A DNA stretch of 64,000 nucleotides from an uncultured Candidatus Rokubacteria bacterium (GTDB lineage: Bacteria > Methylomirabilota > Methylomirabilia > Rokubacteriales > DASRDR01). Below the pieces are notes generated by a model that saw nothing but the letters and a program-made list of their open reading frames with translations, did no database searches and was not told the origin of the DNA. A program made the position numbers and the translations under genes. The stretch is from the NCBI GenBank assembly GCA_963826115.1, contig CAWGVS010000003.1:128001-192000 (forward strand), given 5' to 3'. The stretch's first letter is position 1, and every line of letters starts with the position of its first letter. This document shows positions 8,411-19,373 of this stretch, piece by piece.

Positions 8411-10996
8411 TCACGAGTACGCCGAGACTCCCGGCTTGCCCGCAAGCGGTCCGGAGCTCCTGCCGAGCAGCCTGCCCATTAATCGACGCTTGACCACCTC
8501 GACGAGGACGAGATACGCGATGGTGACCCCGCCCAGAAACACGAAGTACGCGCCCGGGAGCGGCACGAAGCCCAGCGGCCCCGCGAGCGGCGTGAAGGGC
8601 AGCATCACGCCGGTCAGCACCACGAGAATCGTGGTCGTCGCCAGCGGGAGGCTCGGGCGACTGCGCAAGGGGTTGCCCACCGTCCGGATGACGAAGAGGA
8701 CGAGCGTCTGCGTCGCCAGCGACTCGACGAACCACCCCGTATGGAACACCGCTTCCGAGGCGCGGAAGACCCACAGCAGGACGCCGAACGTGAGGAAGTC
8801 GTAAATGGAGCTGATCGGCCCGATCACCATCATGAACCGCCGTATGACCCCGATGTCCCACCGCTGCGGCGTCCGGATGAACGCGTCATCGACGTTGTCC
8901 GTGGGGATCGTGATCTGGGCAAGATCGTAGAGGAGGTTGTTGAGCAGGATCTGGGTCGGCAGCATCGGGAGGAACGGGAGGAAGAGGAACGCGCCCGCCA
9001 TGCTGAACATGTTGCCGAAGTTCGAGCTGGTCCCCATCAGCAGGTACTTCATCACGTTGCCGAAGGCGCGGCGACCCTCGAGGATGCCGGCGTGGAGGAC
9101 GCCCAGGTCGCGCTCGAGCAGGATGATGTCGGCCGCGTCCTTGGCGACGTCGACGGCGGTCGCCACGGACACGCCGACGTCCGCCGTGTGGATGGAGGGG
9201 GCGTCGTTGATCCCGTCGCCCAGGAAGCCAACGACGTGGTTGCGGTTCTTCAGCGCGAGGATGATCCGAGTCTTCTGAGCGGGAGAGACGCGCGCGAAGA
9301 CCGTCGTGTGCTCAGCCACCGCCGCGAGCGCGCTGTCGGTCATGCGCTCGATCTCGTCGCCGACGAGAACTCGAGCGCTGTCGAGGCCAACCTGACCGCA
9401 GATGTGCTGGGCGACAAGCTCACTGTCACCGGTGAGAATCTTCACCCCGACGCCGTCCCGGCGAAGCGCGCGAATCGCCTCGGCGACACCTTCCATCGGC
9501 GGATCGAAGAAGCTCACGAAACCAGCAAGGACGAGATCGATCTCGTCACGGGCCGAATACACCGCCTGGATGGGCGCCACCACGTAGGCGACGGCCAGGA
9601 CTCGAGATCCCTGAGCGCTCAGCTCGCGGTACGTCGCTTCGCAGCGTGCCCGCACCGCCTCATCGAGCGGGACCCGGCGACCGTCGACCTCGTACGCCGT
9701 GCAGCAGGCGACCACCCCTTCCGGAGCTCCCTTCGTGATCAGCAGGCGTCCGCCACTGTCTTCGACGACGACCGAGAGCCGCCGGCGCTCGAAGTCGAAC
9801 GGGATCTCATCGATCTTCCGGTACCCATCGCTGGCGACCCCGCCACGCTTGAGAATTCCCGCGTCCAGCGGACTCTTGATGCCCGCTTGGTGGGAGCTGT
9901 TGACGTAGGCCAGGGCGAACGGTCGCTCCGATACCTGGCCGAGCGGGTCGAGGCACCGGTCAAGCGCCATGTCGCCGCTCGTCAGGGTGCCCGTCTTGTC
10001 GCTGCAGAGGATGTCCATGCTGCCGAAGTTCTCGATCGCCTCGAGATGCCGGACGATCACCTTCTGGCGCGCCATGTGCGCGGCTCCGCGCGAGAGAGTC
10101 ACGGCGCTGATCATGGGCAGGAACTCCGGCGTCAGGCCCACCGCAAGCGCCACCGCGAAGAGCAGCGACTCGAGAAACGCGTGATGCAGCAGCGCGCTGG
10201 TGAACAGAACGAAGAGCACCAGGAACAGCACCGTGCGCGTGATGAGGAGCGCAAATTGCCGCGTGCCCCGCTCGAACTCGGTCTCGGGCGGCCGCGTGGA
10301 CAGGCGGGCGGCAATGTCGCCAAACGCGGTCGCCCGCCCCGTCGCGACGACGAGCGCCGTCGCCGTCCCGCTCACGACCGACGTGCCGAGGAAGACGACG
10401 TTGCGGGCCTCCGCCGCCTGGCGCGGCGCGACCTCGAGGTCCTCCGATCCCTTCTCCGCCGGCATCGACTCGCCCGTCAGGGCCGCCTGCTGGACGTGGA
10501 GGTTCCGTGTCTCGAGGAGGCGCGCGTCGGCCGGCACGCGATCTCCGGCCGCCATGCGGACGATGTCGCCCGGGACGAGGTCGCGTCGTCGGATCTCGCC
10601 CCAGCTTCCATCACGGAGGGCGGTCGCCGTCGGCGCGACGACGTCGCGCAGCCGCTCCGCGACACGATGGGAACGATAGGTCTGAACGAAGTTGAGCACC
10701 ACGCTGAGCGCCACCATGAGGACGATGATGGAGGCGTTGACCGGTTCGCCGAGGATCGCGGAGGCAGCGCTCGCGATCAGCAGGGTGACGACCAAGGGAT
10801 TCGCAAGGAGCCGGAGGACTTGGACAAGACCCGCCGTGCGGGGCGCTCGCGCGGGCTCGTTCGGGCCAACCTCCCCGAGCCTCCGGCGCGCTTCGTCCGT
10901 GGTCAAGCCTCCGGACGAGGCCTGGAGCGCGGCGAAGAGCACATCCACAGGCTCGTGGAGCGCCGTCCCGACGAAACGGCTCTCCGGCATCGTCAT
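8411..10996 (-). CDS. mgtA: Mg2+-translocating P-type ATPase
   Basis: TGES, LTPEFLP, DKTGT, KGAPE, GDGIND, SSNFGNMFS, NNLLYD motifs of P3B ATPases. Confidence 0.93.
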   Translation of the reverse strand: MTMPESRFVGTALHEPVDVLFAALQASSGGLTTDEARRRLGEVGPNEPARAPRTAGLVQVLRLLANPLVVTLLIASAASAILGEPVNASIIVLMVALSVVLNFVQTYRSHRVAERLRDVVAPTATALRDGSWGEIRRRDLVPGDIVRMAAGDRVPADARLLETRNLHVQQAALTGESMPAEKGSEDLEVAPRQAAEARNVVFLGTSVVSGTATALVVATGRATAFGDIAARLSTRPPETEFERGTRQFALLITRTVLFLVLFVLFTSALLHHAFLESLLFAVALAVGLTPEFLPMISAVTLSRGAAHMARQKVIVRHLEAIENFGSMDILCSDKTGTLTSGDMALDRCLDPLGQVSERPFALAYVNSSHQAGIKSPLDAGILKRGGVASDGYRKIDEIPFDFERRRLSVVVEDSGGRLLITKGAPEGVVACCTAYEVDGRRVPLDEAVRARCEATYRELSAQGSRVLAVAYVVAPIQAVYSARDEIDLVLAGFVSFFDPPMEGVAEAIRALRRDGVGVKILTGDSELVAQHICGQVGLDSARVLVGDEIERMTDSALAAVAEHTTVFARVSPAQKTRIILALKNRNHVVGFLGDGINDAPSIHTADVGVSVATAVDVAKDAADIILLERDLGVLHAGILEGRRAFGNVMKYLLMGTSSNFGNMFSMAGAFLFLPFLPMLPTQILLNNLLYDLAQITIPTDNVDDAFIRTPQRWDIGVIRRFMMVIGPISSIYDFLTFGVLLWVFRASEAVFHTGWFVESLATQTLVLFVIRTVGNPLRSRPSLPLATTTILVVLTGVMLPFTPLAGPLGFVPLPGAYFVFLGGVTIAYLVLVEVVKRRLMGRLLGRSSGPLAGKPGVSAYS

Positions 10997-11366
10997 CCCT
11001 GTGAAGTCACGTGATGCATTTCTGCCTCGTGTGGCCCGGTGTCGCGAACAGCGTCAGTGGCCGCTCACGATCGGGATGCCCTCACCGCGAAAGACGCCAG
11101 GGTTGTCCGCTCCCTCTACCACGAGGAAGGCAAGGCCGCGTTCCAGGCGTGACTGTGCATGGGCCACGAGGATGTGGCGGTCCGGCAGCTCCAGCTTGAG
11201 CTCGACAATCGGATCATGGCGCTGTTCTCCTGGGCCGCGTCCGTGGAGCCCCGTCGGTCGGCCCGTGGGGACGGTGCAGCCGGCATGCCAGTCGCTGACC
11301 GCCCGGCCGTTGATGATCCTCGCGGAGGTGCCGCGCTCGGACACCAGGGCCTGACCCAGGCGCGCC

Positions 11367-11630
11367 TCACTGGGGCACCGGAAGGTCACCCCGGCAGGTG
11401 GCCATGCGCGGATAGAGTCGAGGGGCAGCGGCGGTGAGGAGCGCACAGGTACCAAGCAGAGCGGCGGCGTCGAGCCAGAGCCCTGAAATAGGCGTGCCGG
11501 AAGGCAGCATCAGCGCTCGGAGAGCGTCGACCTGATACGTGAGGGGGTTCGCCCGGGACACGAGCCGCAGCCAGCGGGGTATCAGCGCCAAGGGGCAGAC
11601 GGCGCTGCTCGCGAACAAGGTGGGCGTCAT
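11367..11630 (-). pseudogene. C-terminal remnant of an ABC-2 type permease
   Basis: LFASSAVCPLALIPRWLRLVSRANPLTYQVDALRALM matches ABC-2/DrrB permease C-termini; N-terminal part absent. Confidence 0.7.
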
Positions 11631-11653
11631 GTGGCGCGCAGGTCAAGAATCGG

Positions 11654-11669
11654 TGGCACCACGGTTGCT
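11654..11669 (+). promoter_or_regulatory. sigma54 promoter (DUF3300-DUF2950 operon)
   Basis: TGGCAC-CACGG-TTGCT, just upstream of ATG at 11684. Confidence 0.8.
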
Positions 11670-11683
11670 TGTCACGATGTGAG

Positions 11684-12982
11684 ATGGCTTCCCCGAGCCG
11701 GATCATCAGCCTCGGGCTCACCGTGGTCCTGGTCGCCTCGGCCGGTCAGGCACAGTCCCCCCAGACAAGCCCACCGGCTCAAGGGCCGGCCGTCTTCACG
11801 CCAGACCAACTGGACCAGTTGCTGGCCCCAATCGCGCTCCATCCGGATCCCCTGGTTGGCCAGATCCTCATGGCCGCCACCTATCCGCTCGAGGTGGTCC
11901 AGGCGACCCGCTGGCTCCAGGACCCGAATCACGCGGCGCTGACCGGGTCGGCGCTGGCGGCGGCCCTCGACCTCCGGCCGTGGGATCCTAGCGTCAAGGC
12001 GCTCGTGTCCTTTCCCCAGATCCTTCGCATGATGGATGGAGCGCTCGAGTGGACGGAAGCAGTCGGCGACGCATTCCTGTCCGATCAGGTGGCCGTCATG
12101 GACGCGATCCAGCGGCTGCGCCTGCGCGCGCAGTCGGCCGGGACCCTGGTCACCACCCCGCAGCAGATGGTGCTGACACAGGACCAGGCGATCGGCATCA
12201 TCCCGGCCGATCCTCAGGTTGTCTACGTGCCGATGTACAACCCTGCTGCGGTGTATGGGACGTGGGTGTACGCGCCGAGTCCCTACTTCGGCTATCCCGT
12301 TGTCGCCCCCGTCGGGGTCGTCGGCGGCGTGGGCTTCGGCGTCGGCATCGTCGTCGTGCCGTACTTTTGGGGCTGGCATCACTGGGACTGGCCTCACCAC
12401 CGTCTTCACGTCGATCATGACCGGTTTGTTCACATCAGCGGTCACCGGCCCCCCCCCGGCGGCGTCTGGGTACACGACCCGGTCCACCGTCACGGGATCC
12501 CTTATCGCGATCCGGGAACGCGCGCGCGCTTTGTGCCTCCCCCTCACGGCGACGTGCGCGGCTACGGGACGGGCCTCCCGCCGGGGAGACCGGGCCCCGG
12601 CGCCAAGAGCGGGAGCGCGCCGCCGCGCGCTGCCGCTCCTCCGGGAAGCCCGGCCCCGCCCCGCGGGAACCCCGCCCCCGGCGGTGCCGGGAGCGCCCCC
12701 GTGGCGCGACCAACCACTCGTCTGACTCTGCCGCCACAGACCCCGACGACACGCCCCGCGCCACCTGCCGTCGGCGGAGCGCTCCGCCCGCTCGCCCCCG
12801 CCTTCGAATCCTTCGGACGGGGCGTCGATGTTCGCACGCAGACCGAGCGGGGCCAGTCGAGCCGCCGGTCCATCGCCCCATCGGTGCCGAAGGCTCCAGC
12901 CAAACCGCCATCAAGCGGGACGCGCTCCGGAGGAGTCCCCTCCGGGACCCCCAAGTCCGGGGGCAGTCAACCTCGCCGGTGA
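11684..12982 (+). CDS. DUF3300 domain exported protein with Pro/Gly-rich tail
   Basis: Signal peptide; LDQLLAPIALHPDPL..ILMAATYP, WDPSVKAL, VMDAIQRLR. Confidence 0.9.
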   Translation: MASPSRIISLGLTVVLVASAGQAQSPQTSPPAQGPAVFTPDQLDQLLAPIALHPDPLVGQILMAATYPLEVVQATRWLQDPNHAALTGSALAAALDLRPWDPSVKALVSFPQILRMMDGALEWTEAVGDAFLSDQVAVMDAIQRLRLRAQSAGTLVTTPQQMVLTQDQAIGIIPADPQVVYVPMYNPAAVYGTWVYAPSPYFGYPVVAPVGVVGGVGFGVGIVVVPYFWGWHHWDWPHHRLHVDHDRFVHISGHRPPPGGVWVHDPVHRHGIPYRDPGTRARFVPPPHGDVRGYGTGLPPGRPGPGAKSGSAPPRAAAPPGSPAPPRGNPAPGGAGSAPVARPTTRLTLPPQTPTTRPAPPAVGGALRPLAPAFESFGRGVDVRTQTERGQSSRRSIAPSVPKAPAKPPSSGTRSGGVPSGTPKSGGSQPRR

Positions 12983-12995
12983 GGGTCACACGACG

Positions 12996-13940
12996 ATGAG
13001 ACGCACGGGCCAGTCACGAACGATCCGACCAGGCTGGCCGGTGCTGATCGCAGCACTCCTCTTGGTGGCCGCGAGTCCGCCGGGATGGACGGCGGGCGAG
13101 CCGCCGGCGACGTTCGCCTCGGCGCAGCAGGCCGTGGACGCGCTCGTGACCGCCACCAGGACTACCCGGCTGGCCGACCTGCGCCAGATCCTGGGCACGG
13201 CGGGGCGGGCTCTCATCTGGTCCGGAGATCGGGTTGCCGATCGCGTAGGGCGGGACAAGTTCATCGTGGCCTACGATCACGGCCATCGACTCGAGATGAC
13301 CGGATCGACCCGGGCAGTCCTGATCGTCGGCCCCGACCAGTGGCCCTTTCCCATCCCCTTGGTCCACGACGCGACGGGCTGGCACTTCGACACACCCGCC
13401 GGTGTCCAGGAGATCCTCAATCGACGCGTCGGGCGGAACGAGCTCAACGTCATCGAGGTCTGCCGGGCCTTCGTCGTGGCGCAGCGCGAGTATGCCGCGC
13501 GAAACCCGTTGGGAAGCGACCTCGCGGAGTTCGCCCAGAACCTCCTCAGCACGCCGGGGACCCGCGACGGCCTCTACTGGCCCGCCGAGCCGGGCGAGCA
13601 GGACAGCCCGCTCGGACCTCTGGTTGCGAGCGCCCGGGCCGAGGGCTACCAGCGCACGCCGGTCGCTCAGCCCATCCCCTACCACGGCTACTACTATCGG
13701 ATGCTCACGCGCCAGGGAGCCAACGCCCCCGGAGGCGCGCGCGACTACATCGTGGACGGCCACATGCGGGGAGGCTTCGCGCTGGTGGCGTTCCCCGCGA
13801 AGTACGGCAACTCCGGCGTCATGACGTTCCTGGTCAACCAGACCGGCATCGTCTACCAGAAGAACCTCGGTCCGGACACGGCGACCATTGGGCTCCAGCT
13901 CGCGGCGTTCGACCCCGATGCCACGTGGACGACGCCCTGA
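12996..13940 (+). CDS. DUF2950 domain protein
   Basis: WPFPIPL, EILNRRVGRNEL, DGLYWP, PYHGYYYRML, YGNSGVMTF; usual partner of DUF3300. Confidence 0.9.
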   Translation: MRRTGQSRTIRPGWPVLIAALLLVAASPPGWTAGEPPATFASAQQAVDALVTATRTTRLADLRQILGTAGRALIWSGDRVADRVGRDKFIVAYDHGHRLEMTGSTRAVLIVGPDQWPFPIPLVHDATGWHFDTPAGVQEILNRRVGRNELNVIEVCRAFVVAQREYAARNPLGSDLAEFAQNLLSTPGTRDGLYWPAEPGEQDSPLGPLVASARAEGYQRTPVAQPIPYHGYYYRMLTRQGANAPGGARDYIVDGHMRGGFALVAFPAKYGNSGVMTFLVNQTGIVYQKNLGPDTATIGLQLAAFDPDATWTTP

Positions 13941-14115
13941 CGCGATAGGTCGCGACTCCTGGTGAGCTTGCCTCCCCTTGTGAAGACTCGCTCTCCGCCA
14001 TCGAGGGTTCCCGGTCGACTGGACGCCTTCCGATACACAGGGAACCACGATCAGGATCCCGGCCTACTACCCCTCCGGCACCGACACAACGGCCATTGCA
14101 CACGCGCGACTACCC

Positions 14116-16482
14116 TCACGCATGCGGCCATGTCCAGTTCCGCACCTCCGGCCGGTCCTCCCCGTGCTCGGCGATGTACGCCTTGTGCTCGCTCCGACGA
14201 TCGCGCATCGCCTGCCTGACGTGCGGGGCGCGGGAGAGCAGCCCGGGGACGCGATCGATCACGTCCATCACGAGGTGGTAGCGGTCCAGATCGTTCAGCA
14301 CGACCATGTCGAAGGGCGTGGTGGTCGTGCCCTCCTCCTTGTAGCCGCGCACGTGGAGATTCCCGTGATTGGTCCGCCGGTACGTCAGCCGGTGGATGAG
14401 CCAGGGATACCCGTGGTAGGCGAAGACGATCGGCCGATCCGTGGTGAACAGCGCGTCGAACTCGGCGGTCGACAACCCGTGGGGATGCTCCTCGCTCGGC
14501 TGAAGGCGCATGAGGTCCACGACGTTGACGACCCGCACGCGCACCTCGGGCAGATGCTCGCGAAGCAGCGCCGCCGCCGCGAGGGTTTCGAGCGTCGGCA
14601 CGTCACCGGCGCACGCGAGGACCACGTGTGGATCCACGCCGCCGTCGGTGCTCGCCCACTCCCAGGTCCCGATGCCGGCGGCGCAGTGTGCCATCGCCGT
14701 CTCCATGTCGAGGTACTGAAGAGCGGGCTGCTTGCCCGCAACGATCACATTGACGTAGCCGCGGCTCCGTAAGCAGTGGTCCGCGACCGACAACAGCGTG
14801 TTGGCGTCCGGGGGCAGATAGACGCGAATCACCTCGGCTTTCTTGTTGACCACGTGGTCGATGAACCCGGGGTCCTGATGCGAGAACCCGTTGTGGTCCT
14901 GGCGCCAGACGTGCGAGGTCAGCAGATAGTTCAGCGACGCAATCGGAGGACGCCAAGGGATCTGGCGCGTCACCTTCAGCCACTTGGCGTGCTGGTTGAA
15001 CATCGAATCCACGACGTGGATGAACGCCTCGTAGCTCGAGAACAGTCCATGGCGCCCGGTGAGCAGGTAGCCCTCGAGCCATCCCTGGCAGGTGTGCTCG
15101 CTCAAAATCTCCATCACCCGCCCTTCGGCACCGAGGTGCTCGTCCTCCGGCCGCCGCTCGGCCATCCAGGCGCGGTCGGTTACCTCGAACAAGGCATCGA
15201 GGCGGTTCGACGCGGTCTCATCGGGGCCGAACACCCGGAAGTTGCGCCGGTCCCGGTTGAGCGTCATCACGTCACGCAGGAATCGACCGAGGGGCCGGGT
15301 GGCCTCCGCGACCACGACCCCCGGCCGGGGGACCTCCACCGCATGCTGGCGGAAGTCCGGTAGCTGGAGCTCCTCGAGCAGCAGTCCCCCATTGGCGTGC
15401 GGGTTCGCGCCCATGCGGCGGGCACCCGTCGGGGCGAGCTGGGCGAGCTCGCGGCGAAGCCGGCCCGATTCGTCGAACAGCTCTCCCGGCCGATAGCTCC
15501 GCATCCACATCTCGAGCTGTCGCAGGTGATCGGGGTGATCCGCCAGGCCAGCGAGCGGCACCTGGTGCGAGCGCCACGAACCCTCGGTCTTCTTGCCGTC
15601 CACTTCCTTCGGGCCGGTCCAACCCTTGGGGGTCACGAGGACGAGCGCCGGCCAACGAGGCCGGGTCGCCGGCCCGCCAGCGCGCGCGCGCCGCTGGATC
15701 GACCGAATCTCCCCGACGACGGCATCGAGGGTCGCCGCCATGGCCTCGTGCATCGAAGCTGGCTCGTCCCCCTCCACGACGTAGGGGCGGTGTCCGTAAC
15801 CGGTGAGGAGGCTCTCCAGCTCGGCCCGGCCGATCCGGGCCAGAACGGTCGGGTTCGCGATCTTGTATCCGTTCAGGTGGAGGATAGGCAGGACGGCACC
15901 GTCCGTCACCGGGTTGAGGAACTTGTTCGAGTGCCATGCCGTGGCGAGCGGCCCGGTCTCCGCCTCTCCGTCGCCAATCACGCACGCGACCAGGAGGTCG
16001 GGGTTGTCGAACGCGGCGCCATAGGCATGGGCGAGCGAATAGCCGAGCTCACCGCCCTCGTGGATCGAGCCGGGCGTTTCGGGCGCGACGTGACTGGGAA
16101 TCCCGCCCGGAAAGGAGAATTGCCGGAACAGACGCCGCATCCCGGCCTCGTCCCGGGAGACGTCCGGATAGCGCTCGCTGTACGTGCCCTCGAGGTACGT
16201 GTTCGCCACCATGCCCGGCCCGCCATGGCCCGGACCGCACACGTAGATGACGTCGAGGTCGCGCGCTCGGATCAGGCGGTTCAGATGCGCGTAGATGAAG
16301 TTCAGACCCGGAGTCGTCCCCCAGTGGCCGAGAAGTCGCGGCTTGACGTGGGCGATCTCGAGCGGCTTCCGGAGCAGCGGGTTGTCGAGAAGATAGATCT
16401 GCCCGACGGACAGGTAGTTCGCCGCCCGCCAGTAGGCGTCGATCAGGGCCAGCTCCCCTGTGGACAACACACCAGCAGCCAT
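14116..16482 (-). CDS. xfp: phosphoketolase
   Basis: [42 protein letters not shown]; AGGAGG RBS. Confidence 0.96.
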   Translation of the reverse strand: MAAGVLSTGELALIDAYWRAANYLSVGQIYLLDNPLLRKPLEIAHVKPRLLGHWGTTPGLNFIYAHLNRLIRARDLDVIYVCGPGHGGPGMVANTYLEGTYSERYPDVSRDEAGMRRLFRQFSFPGGIPSHVAPETPGSIHEGGELGYSLAHAYGAAFDNPDLLVACVIGDGEAETGPLATAWHSNKFLNPVTDGAVLPILHLNGYKIANPTVLARIGRAELESLLTGYGHRPYVVEGDEPASMHEAMAATLDAVVGEIRSIQRRARAGGPATRPRWPALVLVTPKGWTGPKEVDGKKTEGSWRSHQVPLAGLADHPDHLRQLEMWMRSYRPGELFDESGRLRRELAQLAPTGARRMGANPHANGGLLLEELQLPDFRQHAVEVPRPGVVVAEATRPLGRFLRDVMTLNRDRRNFRVFGPDETASNRLDALFEVTDRAWMAERRPEDEHLGAEGRVMEILSEHTCQGWLEGYLLTGRHGLFSSYEAFIHVVDSMFNQHAKWLKVTRQIPWRPPIASLNYLLTSHVWRQDHNGFSHQDPGFIDHVVNKKAEVIRVYLPPDANTLLSVADHCLRSRGYVNVIVAGKQPALQYLDMETAMAHCAAGIGTWEWASTDGGVDPHVVLACAGDVPTLETLAAAALLREHLPEVRVRVVNVVDLMRLQPSEEHPHGLSTAEFDALFTTDRPIVFAYHGYPWLIHRLTYRRTNHGNLHVRGYKEEGTTTTPFDMVVLNDLDRYHLVMDVIDRVPGLLSRAPHVRQAMRDRRSEHKAYIAEHGEDRPEVRNWTWPHA

Positions 16483-16788
16483 CAGTCCTCCTGTTTGTCG
16501 TGGCGGGCCGGGCCAATCACCGCGTCAGCCACTGAAGTCCGGGGGGTCGTTCGAGGCCTTGATTCGCGTGGAAGACGCCGGGACGACCGGGCGATACGGG
16601 AACATGCCACGAACGCCACTGCGCGTCGAGCATTTCGGCGTCAGCGGCCACATCCTCTCCTCACGCCGCTCGCCCATCGTGCAGCTCACATCCTCCATCA
16701 TCTCGCTCTTCCGATCCATTCGATCCGGCGACAGCGAGCCACTGCCCCGCGCCCCACGCCGTCCACCGCTTCGCGTCCGGTGCAACGG

Positions 16789-16837
16789 TGAGGCGATCCC
16801 GCCCCAGGTGTCGCATCAGTGGGACAGTCTGCCCGAG
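16789..16837. promoter_or_regulatory. candidate enhancer (UAS) sites
   Basis: TGAGGC-GATCCC-GCCCCA at 16789 and weaker TGGGAC-AGTCTG-CCCGAG at 16820; 122 and 91 bp before the promoter at 16911. Confidence 0.55.
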
Positions 16838-16910
16838 GAGCGCCAGGGCCCACGCTTTGCGGGGCCGCCAACGACCGGAGCCATGTCGCCATCGTCCGGC
16901 TCCTCGAGGC

Positions 16911-16926
16911 CGGCATCACCGTTGCA
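16911..16926 (+). promoter_or_regulatory. sigma54 promoter (USP-OsmC)
   Basis: CGGCAT-CACCG-TTGCA; GG and GC cores intact. Confidence 0.75.
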
Positions 16927-17006
16927 CACCACACCAGGAAGAGGTTCCGAAGTCATACCGGATGCCGGCCGAGGCGGGCCGCTGAGGCCGTGCACACGAG
17001 GGATCC

Positions 17007-17954
17007 ATGACGACGATCAATCGAATCCTCTACGCGACGGATCTTTCCGCCACCTCGGAGGCGGCCTGGAGCGAGGCACGGCGACTCGGGCGCCTGTTCG
17101 ACGCCGAGATTGTGATCCTGCACGTGGTCACGCCGCCGGTCGTCTTCCCCGTCGAGGGATACTTCCCACCGGACCTTTACCAGGAATACCTTCGAAGCGC
17201 ACAACACGACGCGGAAAGAGGACTGGATCGCTTGCTCGGCAGCGTGGCGGGCTCGGGCCTCAAGGTCCGCCTCCGCCTCGAAGAGGGACCGCCGGCTCCA
17301 CGGATCCTCGACATCGCAAGCCAAGAGGCCGCCGACATTCTCGTGGTCGGCACGCACAGCCGCACGGGTCTCCGACGGGCCATGCTCGGGAGCATCGCCG
17401 ACCGGATGGTCCGCCAAGCGAGGTGCCCGGTCTTGACGGCCCGGCCTCAACCGGATGCTGCGCCTCCTGTCCAGATTCGTCGGATCTGCTACGCCACCGA
17501 CTTCTCCCCGACCGCCCGCGCCGCCTGGTCGTGGGTGGTCGCGATCGCCGGTGCCGCGAACGCCGAGGTCGACCTCGTTCACGTCACGTTCGAGCCGGTG
17601 GCCGACCGTCACATGCCCGCGGAGATGACCGGGCGCATGGCCCGGTTCCTCCGCGAGCAGGGCCACATGGAAGTCGAGCGGTTCCTGCAGCGGTCCACGC
17701 TGCCACGTGAGCGGATCCACGTGCACCTGTCCCCCGGAGTCCCGGGGGAGCAGATCGTCCATCGCGCTCTGGAGCGAGCCGCCGATCTCATCATCATGGG
17801 TACCCACGGCTGGTCCGGGGTCGTTCGCTGGGTGCTCGGTTCAGTCGCTCACTACGTGATCCAGACCGCGCCGTGCCCGGTGCTCACCATCGCGCCGGCC
17901 GGGGCACCGGGGGAATCGGGCGCAGGGACAGCGGCGGCGGGGATCACGCGATGA
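17007..17954 (+). CDS. universal stress protein, tandem domains
   Basis: Two ILYATDLS/ICYATDFS...GTH..G..LGS...CPVL repeats. Confidence 0.95.
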   Translation: MTTINRILYATDLSATSEAAWSEARRLGRLFDAEIVILHVVTPPVVFPVEGYFPPDLYQEYLRSAQHDAERGLDRLLGSVAGSGLKVRLRLEEGPPAPRILDIASQEAADILVVGTHSRTGLRRAMLGSIADRMVRQARCPVLTARPQPDAAPPVQIRRICYATDFSPTARAAWSWVVAIAGAANAEVDLVHVTFEPVADRHMPAEMTGRMARFLREQGHMEVERFLQRSTLPRERIHVHLSPGVPGEQIVHRALERAADLIIMGTHGWSGVVRWVLGSVAHYVIQTAPCPVLTIAPAGAPGESGAGTAAAGITR

Positions 17955-18379
17955 AGCCCATGCCCCATCACTACACGGTCCGGATCGCCGGGGGCCCGAG
18001 CGGTCCCGCGCTCGCCATGGCTGACGGTCTGCCCGACCTCGGAAGCGCACCGCCCCCCGAGTTCGGTGGCCCCGGCGGCGCGTGGAGCCCGGAGCACCTC
18101 CTGTTGGCTGCCGTGGAAGCGTGCTTCCTGTTCACCCTGCGAGCCGTCGCGCGGGCCTCGCACGTCGAGTTCGAGACGTGCGAGGTGACCGCCGAAGGGA
18201 CCGTCGACCGCACGGACGGTGTGACGCGCTTCACGGACATCCTCCTGCGGCCGCGTCTCAGGCTCGCGACCGGGACGGATCCGGACCGGGCACGGCGGGC
18301 CATGGAAAAGGCCGAGAAGGCGTGTCTCGTCTCGGCTTCGCTCGTGACGCCGGTCCGGCTCGAGGCTGAGCTCGCCTAG
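17951..18379 (+). CDS. OsmC family protein
   Basis: PPPEFGG, WSPEHLLLAAVEAC, AEKACLVSASL; ATGA overlap with the USP gene. Confidence 0.9.
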   Translation: MKPMPHHYTVRIAGGPSGPALAMADGLPDLGSAPPPEFGGPGGAWSPEHLLLAAVEACFLFTLRAVARASHVEFETCEVTAEGTVDRTDGVTRFTDILLRPRLRLATGTDPDRARRAMEKAEKACLVSASLVTPVRLEAELA

Positions 18380-18433
18380 CGCTGACCAGCCTTCTGTCCC
18401 CTCGCCCGTCTCGCGCCGCCAACGCCCGTCGCG

Positions 18434-19195
18434 TCACTCCAGAACCGCCAGAAGCCCCATCACACCCATCCCCAGCGTCATGAGGCCGATCTGCAGGAGC
18501 GCCCCGCGGCCGGTCCGGTCGTGCTGGAGCTCCGGGATCAAATCGGCGGCCGCAATGTATACGAAGCCCCCGGCCGTGATCGGGACCAGCAGCCCCGTCA
18601 CCGCCGCCCCAAAGACCGCGCCCAGCAGCAGCGCGGCGACGGCTCCCAGGATGGCCGCGCTGGCCGACCCGAGGTTCAAAAGCACCGCCCGTCGCACGCT
18701 GAGTCCGCTGTGAATGAGGATGCCGAAGTCGCCGAGCTCCTGCGGGATCTCGTGGAAGAGCACGGCGACAGTCGTCGCCAGGCCGAGAGCTGGGCTCACG
18801 AGATAGCTCCCCGCGATCAGGACGCCGTCGATGAAGTTGTGGATCGCGTCCCCAAGAACGTTCACGGCAGCCAGCTCCGGGCGCGCGATCGACTCCGGAT
18901 GATGGTACCGGTGGAGCAGGCCGTGCTCGTGCCGCAGCAGCTTCTCGACCGCGAAGAACAGCAGCATCCCGCCCAGAATCAGGAGCGATGGCCGCAGCGT
19001 GGCCGCGTCCTGCTTGAGGGACTGTGGGATGAGGTGGATGAACGCATCGCCGAGCAGCGCGCCCACCGCGAAGCTCACGAGGAAGGCGGCGAGACGGCGC
19101 GTACGCGCTTCGTCAAGGGACAGGGTCACGAGACCCACCAGGGAGACCAGGCTGACGACTCCCACACTCACCAGACTCAAGATGGCGTTGGTCAT
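18434..19195 (-). CDS. ZIP family metal transporter
   Basis: GDAIHNFIDG, HEIPQELGDF, His-rich loop. Confidence 0.92.
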   Translation of the reverse strand: MTNAILSLVSVGVVSLVSLVGLVTLSLDEARTRRLAAFLVSFAVGALLGDAFIHLIPQSLKQDAATLRPSLLILGGMLLFFAVEKLLRHEHGLLHRYHHPESIARPELAAVNVLGDAIHNFIDGVLIAGSYLVSPALGLATTVAVLFHEIPQELGDFGILIHSGLSVRRAVLLNLGSASAAILGAVAALLLGAVFGAAVTGLLVPITAGGFVYIAAADLIPELQHDRTGRGALLQIGLMTLGMGVMGLLAVLE

Positions 19196-19373
19196 CGCAT
19201 GCCGCAGTGAAACGGCCCCTGCGAACACGCCGCCGTCCCAGCATGCGCCTCGGGGACGATGGCCGACCGCGCCGGGCTCGTCACCGCCCCCGCCGAGCTG
19301 GGCCGAGCTTTCGGTCGGGGCGCCGGTCTCGTCGCGGCCTGCGCATCCATCCCCCCGAGGCTCTCGAGTCCAT

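Noticed and set aside
12560-12980. Pro/Gly-rich low-complexity stretch
   Set aside because: It is the disordered tail of DUF3300, not a DNA repeat element.
16594-16609. TGGCAT-GTTCC-CGTAT on the minus strand upstream of xfp
   Set aside because: It has no GC at -12, so it was not called a sigma54 promoter.
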